NCBI GenBank assembly: GCA_951406725.2
Contig: OX597818.1
Coordinates: 71,858,001 to 71,922,000 of the forward strand
DNA from: Octopus vulgaris
Lineage: Eukaryota
Direction of reading: 5' to 3'
Length of the DNA stretch: 64,000 nucleotides
How positions within the stretch are numbered: the stretch's first letter is position 1; every line of letters starts with the position of its first letter. The notes below the pieces were generated by a model, which searched no databases, was not told the origin of the DNA, and saw only the letters and a program-made list of their open reading frames with translations. The position numbers and the translations under genes were made by a program. This document shows positions 13,147 to 26,678 of the stretch, in pieces.

Positions 13147-14654
13147 AAAACTTTTATCTGACGAAGTAGGTAATGTCTTAATGGAAACTTTTAAAATGTT
13201 CCAATGAAGTATTCATCAACTTTGACGGATTTTATCTTAAGCCAATTAGCAAACCTCTACGTCGTTATTGAAGCCGCTGAAATAGCAGCTTAATCTCCCT
13301 CAAACCACATCTGCGTTCTTAAATACAGAGGTATACATTCGATAATATTTGAAGAGGTCGAAATAATTACAGCTAGAAAACCTTTAATTATGTCTGCTCT
13401 GTCAGGGCTGTCCAGGGTTAAAAATGATGATGATGATGATGATGGTGACATTTTTAGGTATCTTAAATTTGTGAAGACAGCGTTGACTTAATACTAGATT
13501 ATTGACTGATTCAAAAACTAAAGGTATCGGATAGGTGACAGGTCAATAACTGGGAACTTAGAACTAATTAAATAACAAATTGAGAGACAAATAGAATCGC
13601 TGATGGTTGTGAAGAAGACACAGATTTTCCTGTGGTTGTTATTGTTACGTTTGTTGTTGTTGTTGTTAGTAGTAGTCTTAGTGTTGTTAGTGTTGTAGTT
13701 GCTGTTGTTACTGTTACTCTTGTTGGTGTTTTGTTGTTGCTAGAGGTGATGTTATTGTTGTTTATAGTGTTGGTGCTATTAGTTTTGGTAGTGTTGTTGA
13801 TGTTGGTGTTGTTGATGGAACTGTTGGTTTTGTTAATGTTATTCTTATTGGTGTTGTTGCTGTTTGGGTCTAAGTCTAAGTCAGGCCCAACCAAGCATGC
13901 ATATGATCTAACTCTTTCAAAATTCCCTTCTCTGTTTCTTTTTTAATGTTTTAAAATCATTGAGGATGCATTGTATAGTGGTTAGGGTGTTGCACTCACA
14001 ATCGTAAGAATATGGTTTCGATTCCTGGACCGGGGAGTGCACTGTGTTCTTGAGAAAGCACTTCATTTCATCGGTCATGAGAAACAGATGAAACCAATAC
14101 CAGATTTTAAAAAAATAACTACTATGTTCGATTTGTTTAACTACACCCTTCAAGATGGTACCTTAGAATGGCCGAAGTCCAATGACTGAAACGAGTAAAA
14201 GATAAAAGATATCTGCAGACAGGCCGTTTCGAAATTATGCATATTATCAGTGCAGATTGCAAGTGTGCTGTTATTTTCAGGTGAGAAAGTCAGTGAACTT
14301 TTTTGTAAATTAAAACTAAATGTAAAAACTACTTCTCACTTTTTTTTTCTCTGCTATAGGCATAGAATCACTTGAGCTAGATTCCGTGTGAAATATTTTC
14401 ATCATACTTTGCATTGTGTCTGAGGGGCATTCTACTCTAAGTGTATAATTTGTTTCAGGTGATGCCTGATTTCTGTATAACGTATTACTAGAATATGCTT
14501 TACAATTCCAACCAAGTGTTTACATATTTTTCCACTTCCTTAAACTTCATTTCATTTGGTATCTTCGCTGCCCTATTCATTTTATCACACGCATATAGGT
14601 AATGCGCCTTTTATTTCAAACTGATTATAATGTACTGTTTTACATTATAAAATG

Positions 14655-14760
14655 GAAGAAAGTTTTGACGTTTCGAACCTATGCTCTTCTATTGAAAGGA
14701 ATAATTAGGGAAAACAAATGGAGATAGGAAAAAATAACGAGAAAGAAACGTGTTCAGATT
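14655..14760 (-). mobile_element. Degenerate PLE-type terminus
   Basis: GACGTTTCGAACCTATGCTCTTC matches the motif at 356-377 and 26929-26950. Confidence 0.55.
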
Positions 14761-15747
14761 AACGGTTGCGCATGCTGAATTGACCGGAAGGAAATAAGTG
14801 TTTAGAGACATGAGTGACAAGGGCGACAACAGTGACCTGGCTAATGTATGTGTGTGTGTATGTGTGTGTATAGGCGAGCGCGTATGTCAAGCGGATGTGT
14901 GAGAGGCTATTAGATATGTCTGTGTGCAAGCATCTGAGTGTAGAGGCTAATGTGTATCTTGTGTGCGAGTAGCGTGTGTGTGTGTGCATGTGTTCTTGTA
15001 TCGTTTTTAGGTGCATGTGTAAGAAGCAGTCGGACCTATGCAGGCGTGTGCGAGCGTATGTGTGCGCTTGTGTGTGTGTGCGTGTGGGGTTGGTTGAGGT
15101 GGGTGTGTTGGTGTGTATGTGTACATAGTGTGTGTGACACTGTTGTGTGCATATATATTATGTATGATTATGCGTGAATTTTATGTGTTAATGAGCGTCT
15201 ATGCATGTGAGCGAATGTATGTGTCCCTGTTTTCAGTTGATGCGTGTAAATAACGCTGTTGGATAAAGTGTGTGTATATAAAGCTAATGTGTATGTAAAT
15301 GAAGAGAGGTGAAGCATTGCGCCAGAGAACATAACGATTTGAAAGTAATAATATACGCTCTTCATACGTTAAGAATTCTTAACCGAGCAGTACACTTGAT
15401 GTAAGCATGGGTTCTTCGATGACGCAGAGGTTTGTGAACTAGCAGGTATATATATAGATCAAGACACAAAGCATTTTACGTAGCTTATTTTCCTTCATGA
15501 CTTTTATTTTACACAAAGACGACGCCTTAACCATAACAAAAGTCACCAACAACCAATCCCTAGACTAAGCAAAAGAAACAGGTTTTTAATTCTTTCGGTC
15601 TCAAAATTCAAACAGACACTAGTTCAACGACTGTAGATTTTCCTGTTATCATCGGAACGAACCTTAAAACTAGTGCAAGACCGTTAGGAACCCAACGTTG
15701 CTTAAATACCTGTTGTTTGAGTCATGAAAACTGATTAGGGAACTACT

Positions 15748-15809
<62 letters not shown>

Positions 15810-16500
15810 TGTTTTGGGAGTAGATTACAGATAATGACTACAAAATATAGTTGTTTTACATGAAAGCGAAATTTCTTGTCAGAAACAGCCACTTAAATGG
15901 TGTAAGGAAATTGAAGGAAGACGTTGAAAATTGTCCCCTGCGAGTTTATTTTTTTCAACGGTAAAGGGAGCTATTTTTTCGGAGAGATAAGCTAACAAAC
16001 GCCCCTTTATTCTATCTTCCCACATAGCCTGCGCATAAACTAACAGCGAATGCTGCATAAAGTTAAATTGGTATGGAGCTTTCTGAACGATACGTATAGC
16101 TCCCGCTAGTTGAAGCAAAACGCTTATTTAAAGGTTGGGACGAATCGTATGTAATTGTTTAAAAAAGGCTAGAACGACAATGCTAAAACGTATTTGAAAC
16201 AATGGACAACAGTCGAAATATCATAATGGATGGGTAAATAAGTATCCTTAAAGTGAAACAACGCATTAGTAAGTAAACAAAGGTATCAACAAATAGAAGA
16301 GAAGGAAGGGAACATCACCTTTCAAATAACTCAGAATAGGTAAATGTAAGCTTGCCAAAGTTTAATGCAGTTTAAATATGGAGATTAAGATTGTTTGGTA
16401 TTAGATATTCATTGCATACAGTGTTCCTAGTAAATTTAATCACCGTGGTAGGTTGACAGTGGAAATAAATAGACAAAGTCCTTTCACTTTTATACAAAGA

Positions 16501-16800
16501 CTAGCAGTATAGCCCGGCTTTGCTCGGGATTAAGTTAAGATTATTAAGCTAATCAAGCTCTTTATTTCAAAGCAAACTAAGTAACATCGACGTCAAATTT
16601 GAGTGAAATCCGTTGAAATTGGTAAACTTTTGGCTGCAATTTTGCTGACAATTTGATTGAGAAATCCCATAAGGAATCGGTTTCTCCATTTTTTCCACCC
16701 ATCGATTGTTTTTTCTTTTTTTTTTTCATTTAACTCCACTTTGCCCATAGGTTGAGAAGCGGTTATGTTCAGATCACAACTAAGTTTATATATATGGGCA

Positions 16801-16831
<31 letters not shown>

Positions 16832-18192
16832 TATACGTACATACACCTATTGCATACATGTTTTTGTACGCCTTTGCCCCTGCCACTGTCATACCACCAC
16901 CACCACCACCACCTCCTACCCGAGTAATACCATCAGTTGAAGCAAATTTGGTACCCGGAAGTAAGTTTTGTAACAGGAATAGAGAAGCCTAATTTCTCCC
17001 GCAGAGATGTGAAAGTCATACTTCTTTCGAAAACAAGAACAGTTTCGAAACATTGTTTACAAAATAATAGCTGATTGTTTGCGAAGGAGCGTTTCTACAG
17101 TCAACACGTAGGTCTTTTGCTCTGGTAGCCTCTGCTCTCTCCCATGTTCACGCACGACCGGCTATATATATCGCTATGAGTAGAGCAACGGATTTAGCTA
17201 ATTTGGAAATTAGTTGTGGAGAAACGGAGAATATCCTTTATGTTGCCCATATATATATACGTGCAACACACACACGCGCACACACACACATACACACACA
17301 TTACATACATGTGTCTTTTACGCATACATGCTCGTGTGTGTGTATGTGTGACTGAAGCCATTCACACATACATAACAACATCTGTCTGTCTGTTATTGCC
17401 AGTCAAAAGACGAAATTTTAAAAATCTGCTATCTCTCTCTCTCTCCCCCTTCGTCCCTCTCTTTACACCGTTGCTAGGAGGGGACTTAACCCATGTTTGC
17501 TTTGTAAACAATGGTAGGTTTCATCGCTGTAAAAATTTAGAAGTTATGGCTCAAAATTATTTACCGCTATTCGCGGGTACCTCGGGGGGAAAATAATTTG
17601 ACGAAAATACAGCTAGGGTCGTGACGAAAGTCCTCCTAAAATTCGAGCGACATGCGTGTTAATTTGTGGATGTGCATAAACTACAATCACGTACACACAC
17701 ACACACATCTTGCCTTATATATATACAGATTAAAATAGTATACAAAAATATGTGCCCATTTAGGTCCATTTATGCTGGAGCTCTGAGCAAAATGTTTAGT
17801 GCACGACCATCCTTGGGACATCAGTAATTTTTGGGTAAATTTTAGTGAAAATCGGTTGAGAATTATGAAAATGTATACATTCAGAGTTCCTAGTCAATTT
17901 AATCACCGTCGTTAGTGAACACTGGAAATAAATAAATAAGCAAAAAAGTATGGAAGACCCTACAAATCATAAAACAGCTGATTAATGCAAATGAATAGGA
18001 ATCATCTATTGTTGGTTTCCCATCGCTCTAGAGACCCCAATATCGATCTTGAAAAATCTAAGTAGCTTATGTTCGTGTCTGGGATATGAAGCAGCTGTAT
18101 ATAAAATTTTAAAGAAATTGGATGAAAGATGTAGAAGGTATTGAGGTACATTAAATTTTTGTACACATACACACACAAAACTTCAATTTTAA

Positions 18193-18195
<3 letters not shown>
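16501..18195 (-). mobile_element. Cluster of non-autonomous Helitron-like pieces
   Basis: CTAGCAGTATAGCCCGGCTTTGCTCGGG end at 16501. CA-repeat plus TA-rich termini at ~17725 and ~18195. Related blocks at 16424-16477 and 17888-17940. Confidence 0.55.
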
Positions 18196-18237
<42 letters not shown>

Positions 18238-18479
18238 AGCACGCATGTATGCATACATACATACATACATACATACATACATACATACATACATACATAC
18301 ATACATACATACATACATACATGGGTATATACGAACGTACACGCATACACACACACATGTATGCAAGTCTATCTTGTTTCGTGTTATCTAAATTCCACTG
18401 AAACAACCTAGAAGACTAGGCACTTTCTCTGTTGGTGAGAAATTCAAGAATAAACCATGAAAATGTAGACATATGCACA

Positions 18480-19304
18480 TACGAGGTGTGATCAATAAGT
18501 ATCCGGACTGTTGCCATAGTAACGAAAGTAAAGCACACAGAGTAAAGCTGCTTGGCAAAGATTGACCTTGAACTCTGCTGTGCATGCACACTAAATTTTA
18601 GCGTTCACTTCCGCTGTTTACAGCAGTGCTTTGAAGGAAGGTGTGTCGTGTGTGATCGTCGCACTGACCTTGATACAGAAAGTTGACATGGTGATACCTG
18701 CTCAGAGGCCTACGTAAAGTTGCAAAAAGTGTATGAGAGGAATGTATGAGCCGCATACAAGTGTACGATTGGTTCAAACGTTTCTAAGATGGCTGAATAT
18801 ATGTCGATATTGACGAAGGTTTCTGGAAGACCCACGATTAGCAGAATTGAGTAAAACATGTGCGTGCGGCTGTGAGTGGAAATCATCGAATCACCATCCA
18901 TGAGTTATCAGAGGATGTGTAGATTAGTTACGGCTCAGTTCAGTCCATTATCTCTGAAGATTTGGGTATGAGACGCGTGTCTGCCAAGTCTGTGCCAAAA
19001 CTGCTTTAAGTTAACCAAAGAGACACTTGATTGTGTCGGGAACGATGAAAACTTTTTGAAAACTGAGAAGGTATTGCCCAGCTTTTGGCGAATTTTAATG
19101 CAGATTCTCTGCTCAACTTTTTCTGTCATGGTCAATGCGACGATCACACGCTGTACACCTTCCTTCCAAGCACTGCTGTAAACAGTGTAAGTGAGCTAGA
19201 ACGTTAAAACTTAGTGTACATGCACAGCAGAGTTCAAGGTCAATCTCTGCCAAGCGGCTTCAGTCTGTGCACTTTTCCTTTATTACTATTGATCAGATCA
19301 CGTA
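18480..19304. mobile_element. Mariner-derived palindromic element
   Basis: Ends TACGAGGTGTGATCAAT and ATTGATCAGATCACGTA with ~190-bp inverted arms. Transposase fragments are SYGSVQSIISEDLGMRRVSAKSVPKLL (+) and MTEKVEQRICIK (-). Confidence 0.85.
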
Positions 19305-19458
19305 CACATTCACGCACACACATGTACATACATATATACATATAGATACACGCATAAACATGGAGCTGTGTGTTTAACAATTCACACAACTCAATGGCTT
19401 AGTTTAGAAGGAAGGTGCATTGTTGACGGACGTGTATTGTATAAAATAAGGTAATCGC

Positions 19459-19530
<72 letters not shown>

Positions 19531-20115
19531 CTTTCTCTTTCTATCTATCTGCCTATCTATCTGTCTAACTATGCATATCTGTATATATCTATTTAGCTAT
19601 ATCTCTCTTTCTATCTGTCTGTCAGTATGTATGTATGTATGTATGTATGTATGTATGTATGTATGTATGTATGTATGTATGTTGTATGTATGTATGTATC
19701 TATGTTGTATGTATGTATGTATGTATAAATATATGTATATATGTATGTATATATGTTAGTGTGCGCGCGTTTGTCACTCTATCTCTTTACGCGTTTGTAT
19801 GCATGTATGTGTACGTCTGTATGTGCGTGTGTATGTATGTGTGTATCTGTGTGTGTGTGTGCGTGTGTTTATGTGTATATGTAGTGTGTTTCGACAGTAC
19901 ACCTGGGACAACAGAACTCGCTCCGTCATTGTATAACATACGAAACAACGACATGAAAGACCGGAGATACGTCTGAAAGTATAAGTTAACACATGGCGGG
20001 ATGTGTAGAGGCGGCGGCGGATGAAGAGGAGGAGAGGGGGGCAAAATATGGGAGGAAGTAATAGAATAAGAATGTAGGAAGGTAAGGAGACGTAGCTGTA
20101 AAAGAAAGAAGTGAA

Positions 20116-20147
<32 letters not shown>

Positions 20148-20646
20148 AGAAAGAGCGAGAGAGGGAGAGAGAGAGAAAGAGAGGGAGACTGACAGACAGA
20201 GAGAAAAAGGAAGAAAGAGAAAGAAATCTAGAGACAGATGAGGAAGATTGAAATAAGGCCGGTCGTCTATTGAACCTCACCGTATTTTATGATCAATGAT
20301 TTTCGTCGGAATTGACGTCATAGCTGTGACGTAAATATGCATTGTGTGGTGGTGGTGGTCGTCGTCGTGATGCTAGTCTATGGTGGCATGGTTGTGAGCA
20401 GCGCGCGGGACGTTATTTCAAACAAGTCTTTGTCTGCTTACCTGACAAGCTTACTTACTATTTGCCTGATTAATCCTCTAACTTGATCAGCTAACAGCTT
20501 GTTAGGAATAGCTACTATATCGCCCTCAAATGGACCTCCTGGATAGCATAGACTAGGAAAAAAAAAGTTATGATCTCCACAGATGGAACATTTTTTGTTC
20601 ATAAGCCTGTTGCTGGTTCTGCGCCGACTTGGGGCTAAACTCCATT

Positions 20647-20837
20647 ATCTTCTTCTTCTTCTTCTTCTTCTTCTTCTTCTTCTTCTTCTTCTTCTTCTTC
20701 TTCTTCTTCTTCTTCTTCTTCTTCTTCTTCTTCCTCCTCCTCCTCCTCCTCCTCCTCCTCCTCCTCCTCCGCCTCCTCCTCCTTCTTCTTCTTCTTCTTC
20801 TTCTTCTTCTTCTTCTTCTTCTTCTTCTTCTTCTTCA
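20647..20837. repeat. (TTC)n/(CCT)n compound microsatellite
   Basis: Directly visible polypyrimidine tract. Confidence 0.95.
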
Positions 20838-20980
20838 TTTCTGCCAAGAATTCAAAACGACCTCGAACCCACAAGAGTAAACAAGAGAGACAAAGACAGG
20901 CAGAAACAAGGACAATGTCCCTTGTATTTGAACACTATGCAAATATTCTTTTTAAAAACTTTTCATTTAATTTTTCCAAA

Positions 20981-21087
20981 ATTTAATTGTTTTCCATACA
21001 TCGAGTTGAAAAAGTTTCAATGGCTGAAACCGGTACTAAAATGTTTTTATAATAAAATTATTTTAGCATTTTCTACCTTGACTTTTC

Positions 21088-21163
<76 letters not shown>

Positions 21164-21269
21164 AAAAGTCAAGGTAGAAAATGCTAAAATAATTTTATTA
21201 TAAAAACCTTTTAGTACCGGTTTCAGCCATTGAAACTTTTTCAACTCGATGTATGGAAAACAATTAAAT
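20981..21269. repeat. 109-bp inverted repeat centred on (TA)n
   Basis: Arms 20981-21089 and 21161-21269 are reverse complements with one mismatch seen. The arms contain GGCTGAAACCGGTAC. Confidence 0.95.
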
Positions 21270-21552
21270 ATATTATATGCATAAACTATTTAGGAAGTTA
21301 TTCGCAATTCACAACCGAAAGGCAAGAAGTATAGTCGTCACTAAAGTAACGGAAGGTGCTAGTGAGCGCAAGCATTGCTTAAGATTAGACAAGCTCCCTC
21401 CTTACTGCAAGTGATTTCACGTTTGATTAATCTTCATCAGTGATTCATTACTCCCTCACCGAGGGTTAATGAACGTAACTTACCTTGTCATTGTTATAAA
21501 AGACACGATAGGAAACATCGACTGATTCCGAAGAATATATATAGGAATAAGC

Positions 21553-21710
21553 AGAGGCGTGGGTGTGTGGTAAGAAGCTTGCTTTCCACTCACATTGTCC
21601 AGAGTTCAATCCCACTGAGTAACACCTTGGGCAAGTGACTTCTACTATAGCCTCGGCCCGACCAAGGCCTTTTCAGTGGATTTGGTAGACGGAAACTGAA
21701 AGGAGTCCAT
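21553..21710 (+). mobile_element. tRNA-derived SINE
   Basis: GTGTGGTAAGAAGCTTGCTT...GAGTTCAATCCCACTG...CACCTTGGGCAAGTG. Related fragments at ~11975, 27190, 48360 and 58950. Confidence 0.7.
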
Positions 21711-22828
21711 TATATATATGTGTGTGTGTAAATATATATATATATATAGTGAATTAATGAACTTATGTAGGCACACGGCTAAATTTAAAATGTCGAATAT
21801 AAATATACCATATGGATAGAGTATATATTTTGTATTTTGATTTTTTGATTTTGATTTTGACTCTTGAGCGCTACGACGGACCTATAGCAAAGTCTTATTG
21901 TTTCTACATATATATTAGGAAAAACCTACAAACTTTGTTTTCATGTTATTGTATTGCATAAGATTACCTTGATTATTTATATTACCTTGATTATTTATAA
22001 ATGACCCAAAATAGGATGTTATATTTTATTTTATATGTCTTTCGTATATATTTTTATTAATGCACCCATTTTTTAAAAGCAATGTTTTTTTAAAAAAAGC
22101 AATGTTGTCAAATTTAGAATGTTTATATAAGTTTGTGTATAGCAAAGCATATATATTTGTAAGCATGCGTATCTGTGTATGTGTAAGTGAAAGTATGCTT
22201 GTGCTTAAGCACGCATACACACGACGGTATGTATATGTATCAATTCAAACTTGTGTATGTATACTGGCCTCTATAGATGCCAATAATATCGCTACAAGTT
22301 TTTTCCCCACCCCTCCTTCGTTCCTTTTTCTCTCTTTCCCTTTCTTTCGTTCCCCCTCCTTGCTCAGTATATGAGAATTGCTACATAGATGAATTTTAGC
22401 TTGCGTGCGAGACGGTTTGCGTGAATATATGTACACATGCTTTTATGTGTATAATTTAGATTCATATTCATACGTCTGTATATGTATGTATGGCGTTTAC
22501 GCGCATCCTTTTGTGTATGTTGATATATATATGTGGATTTTAATATAAATATGTATTGCAGTATTTATAACAGGTTTAATTTCTATGCATTAATTTGTAC
22601 TGTCTTCATTAACGGCAATAGGTTTTTTCCTCGGTTTTTTCCTCGGATTTTATAATTTTTATACGTTTTTTTATATATATATACATATATTTTTGACCTT
22701 TTTGTTTATCGCTCGAAGATTGACCGTTTTTTCTAAAGGGCCAATCAAACAAGTCCATTTCTTTTTAAAGGTGTAGCGTTTGTAAGAGTATAGATTGAAT
22801 TAATATATATGTTCCATTCTAGCAAAAA

Positions 22829-22866
22829 CTGTCTGATGAACGGCAACGAGAAACTCAGAGTAACAG
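22829..22866 (+). ncRNA. Type I hammerhead ribozyme motif
   Basis: CTGT-CTGATGA-A-CG(GCAA)CG-A-GAAACTC(A)GAGTA-ACAG. Helix I CTGT/ACAG, helix III ACTC/GAGT, GUA site. Confidence 0.65.
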
Positions 22867-22899
22867 ATTTTGTTGAATTTTCTGCTGCTTAAAATAAAG

Positions 22900-22987
<88 letters not shown>

Positions 22988-22989
22988 TA

Positions 22990-23215
22990 TGTGTGCCTGT
23001 GTGTCTTTGTGTCTATGTTTGTCCCCTCACCATCGCTTGACAACCGATGCTGGTGTATTTATGTCCTTGTACCTCAGTGGCTCACCAAAAGACACCGATA
23101 GAATAAATACCTGGTTTACTAACAATAAGCGCTTGGGTTGATTTCTTCGATTAAAAAACCCTTTAAGGCGGGACTCCAGCATGGCTACAGTCAAATGACT
23201 GAAACAAGTAAAATA
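22990..23215 (+). mobile_element. SINE 3' portion (related copy 25120-25330; inverted copy ~27860-27990)
   Basis: TTTGTCCCC...GACAACCGATGCTGGTG...CGATAGAATAAATACC...CAGCATGGC..CAGTCAAATGACTGAAACAAGTAAAA. Confidence 0.7.
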
Positions 23216-23219
23216 ATAA

Positions 23220-23520
23220 ATTCAGATGAATATGGTACTTAAGTTAAAGGCACCAGAATTTAGTATGGTTTTATCCATATAATTCAAAATCGGGTGATTA
23301 TAATCAAAATAAGCAACAAGGATATCCAGAGGTAATGCAGTACGATCGTTTCATGCAACTCCATTTAATTGAACAAGGCAAATATTATATCAATTTAAAG
23401 TGTAGAGCAATCTTCAGCTGCACAAAAATATAGAATTTATTTTGCATTGTTCAATTAAATGGAGTCGCATGAAACGATCGTACTGCATCACCTCTGGATA
23501 TCCTTGTTGCTTATTTTGAT
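23220..23520 (-). mobile_element. Short hammerhead-bearing element with inverted arms (same family as 57305-57945)
   Basis: Arms 23303-23384 and 23438-23520. The segment 23220-23320 is the diverged reverse complement of 57845-57945. Confidence 0.75.
23335..23423 (-). ncRNA. Type I hammerhead ribozyme motif
   Basis: GTGCAG-CTGAAGA-TTGC...GCAT-GAAAC(GATC)GTA-CTGCAT. 6-bp helix I and a palindromic loop III. Confidence 0.7.
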
Positions 23521-23884
23521 ATATACATATATATATATATAAGTACAAAGTGAAATAGGGGTTATGAGTGTAACCCACTATGGGATATCAGTTATCCAAT
23601 ATACAGCTAGTGAAGTACCCAAAAGACTAATACATAAATGCTAATAATTGCAATGCAATTAGTTCATTTATTGTATTAGATGGGCGAAGGTAAAATATTT
23701 TACCTCAAAATCAAAATACAAATAAGAAAATGGAGGAACAGATTCCTTTCAATCATCAACTTACAGATAATACCAATTCAAATTATTTATTAACTACTTA
23801 AATAGGAACATCCAAATCCAACAGAATAAAACAATATACATCAATAATTAAGATAATACCATAAAAAGAATACATATAAAATGG

Positions 23885-24001
23885 ATCTTACAGCTGTTTC
23901 AGCCTGTAGATAAAGGTATCTCATTGTGCCTATATTAGTCATATGTATTGAGGTAATATGCACTTAAAAATGAGTATATATCTCAAGGCCTCGTCAGAGA
24001 T
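23885..24001 (-). ncRNA. Type I hammerhead ribozyme motif
   Basis: ATCT-CTGACGA-GGCCT...AGGCT-GAAAC(AGCT)GTA-AGAT. Confidence 0.7.
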
Positions 24002-24068
24002 TATAAAGTACAATTATAAAAATATAAAATGCAAATATAAATATGAAACAAAATGCACATACACAAGA

Positions 24069-24167
<99 letters not shown>

Positions 24168-24325
24168 GTAAGTATATATATAATAATATCCATACACATT
24201 AGGTTACTGATAATCAAATATTTATACTGGAGTATACAAATACATCCACATCAATGGGTACACATACAAAGTCCAAAGTTCATTATATTAAATTACCAAA
24301 ACTATTAATATTATTATTATTATTA

Positions 24326-24395
<70 letters not shown>

Positions 24396-24673
24396 CATTT
24401 ATAATAATAATACCAATAATGGAATATGTGCATTCTGCTATTCACAATGCATAATAGATGGAAAATACCACATAAGATATAGTATAATATAATATAGTGT
24501 AATATAATATAATATAATATAATATAATATAATATAATATAATATAATATAATATAATATATTGTATATTACATATATAATATAGTATAACCATATAGAG
24601 ACAGATGTTTATGGAAGATGCAAGCACATTAATTCAACAAATAATGTAACAAATAATGCCATTATATTCATGT

Positions 24674-24964
24674 ATCATACAGTCAAAATCGAAACTTCAG
24701 TCTTAATCTGCATACATATATATACACACAGGTAACAAATACATGTATATGCATATACATACATGCGTAAAAACATCAACTGATACATATACATATATAA
24801 ATATATTTTATCCTTTTACATCATACAAAAGATATATGCATGTACATATGTATTAGTTGATGTTTTTACGCATGTATGTATATGCATATACATGTATTTG
24901 TTACCTGTGTGTATATATATATGTATGCAGATTAAGACTGAAGTTTCGATTTTGACTGTATGAT
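24674..24964. repeat. ~117-bp inverted repeat
   Basis: Arms 24674-24790 and 24846-24964 are near-perfect reverse complements. Confidence 0.9.
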
Positions 24965-25978
24965 GTGTATGTATGTGGATGTGCTTGTGTATGTATATAT
25001 ATATATATATATATGTATGTATATATATGTGTATATGTATATATAGATATATAGATATACATATATATACATCTATGTCTGTATGCATTGCATTTGTCTA
25101 TGTGCACGTTTGCATGCATGTGTGTGTGTTCCTGTTAGATTTGTCCCCCGTCACTACCTGACAACTGGTGTTGGTTTGTTTACGTCCCATAACCAAGCGC
25201 TTTAGCAAAAGTGACTCGATAGAATAAATACCAGACTTTAATAAACATATATATTTGTTCGACAAAACTCTTCACGGTAATGCGACAGCATGGCCGCAGT
25301 CAAATAACTAGAATAAGTAAAGATAAAAATATAAAAGATAGCGATTAAAAAGTACTCAAGATACAACGGTAATAAATAATCTTAATCCGCTGCTTTAAAA
25401 ATATATTTATGAATAGAGAACAGGAATATCTTATAATAGTTGCATTAGTATTCAAAATATGGGATGTAATATGTATGCAGTAATAATATATATATGTATA
25501 TTAGTTTTGTACTGGTTGCCTTCGTGAAAATATAAAATGGCGTATTTTTTTCAGTTTATTAAGGATGAATATGTAATTAAAGATGAAAATAAAATATCTA
25601 ACTACCTGCTTGCGCGCGCGCGCACACATGCACATGCATACACTTCAAATCCAAAGAATATGATATATGTATGTATGCATGTATATACATATTATACATA
25701 CGCAAATATTCTTAGATTGTATTTCGAATACATATAACCTCTAAATGTGTAGAAGTTATAGTTATGCACTTTAAATTTATATAATATATATATATAGATT
25801 AGTGTTCACTTCCGGAATCTATCACTCTGTGAAAGTTTCTAGTTCGAATCACATGTGACTCGAGGTGCGCTGAAGATTTTTCTATTTTGAATATATTTGG
25901 TGTACTTAAGTCTGCTCGGGACTTGGTGCTTGCTTTTTCCATGGGTATGAGTAAGTATTTCATTTATATCTCGCGTAT

Positions 25979-26039
25979 TTGCCGCTGAAGAGGGAAAAAT
26001 TTCTTATGAATTAACCCCGAAATTGGACCAATACGGTAA
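25979..26039 (+). ncRNA. Type I hammerhead ribozyme motif
   Basis: TTGCCG-CTGAAGA-GGG...CCC-GAAATTGG(A)CCAATA-CGGTAA. Helices I, II and III all pair, with an AUA site. Confidence 0.7.
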
Positions 26040-26678
26040 TAACGAATTTTTTAGAGATTTCTATCGGTTTGTTTCGAGACGCATAAATTATGATGGTTAT
26101 CAACAATTTTTTGTTTCGGCATATTTGGCATTAGAATTTTTCTTCTGCCCTTATCTTGTAAATGATATATATATATATATATATATATATGTAGGTCCCG
26201 GGTTGATTCGGGGTTAACCACAGTAAATAAGGTACTCAATACATAGCAGAGTAAAATTAATTTATTATATAGAAGGAGCTTCTATGCATGTGAGTGTGTG
26301 TATGTATACATATATGTGTATGTGTAGATATGTATATGTATGTGTAAGTGTATATATATGTATATATATATGTGTGTGTATGTATGTGTGTATGTATATG
26401 TATATATGTTTGTATGCGTGTGTATATATGTATACATATGTGCATAGGTATAAGTGAGAATCTCCTTATTTACCTAAAACTCTATTCCCCCTTTTTTTTA
26501 TATATATATATTTTTATTTTTTTATTTTTTATTTATTCTTCTATCTAATTTAACACTGACTCCTTGACCACTCCCCCAAGTATGATATTTTGCGCTATGC
26601 CTACCCCCAAAAAATCCCCCACCAACACCCCTTTAAACCTGCCTAAATGTATAAATGCCAATACAATTCTTGTTAACT

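Noticed and set aside
13158-13200. CTGACGA...GGAAAC as another hammerhead
   Set aside because: I could not find convincing helix II/III pairing or a cleavage triplet.
13568-13946. Hydrophobic or Asn/Thr-rich ORFs as membrane proteins
   Set aside because: They are translations of a (GTT)n low-complexity tract.
15400-16300. Possible decayed coding sequence of a mobile element
   Set aside because: No motif could be assigned with confidence.
20583-21161. 192-aa poly-Leu/Pro/Ser ORF
   Set aside because: Produced by (TTC)/(CCT)/(TA) microsatellites.
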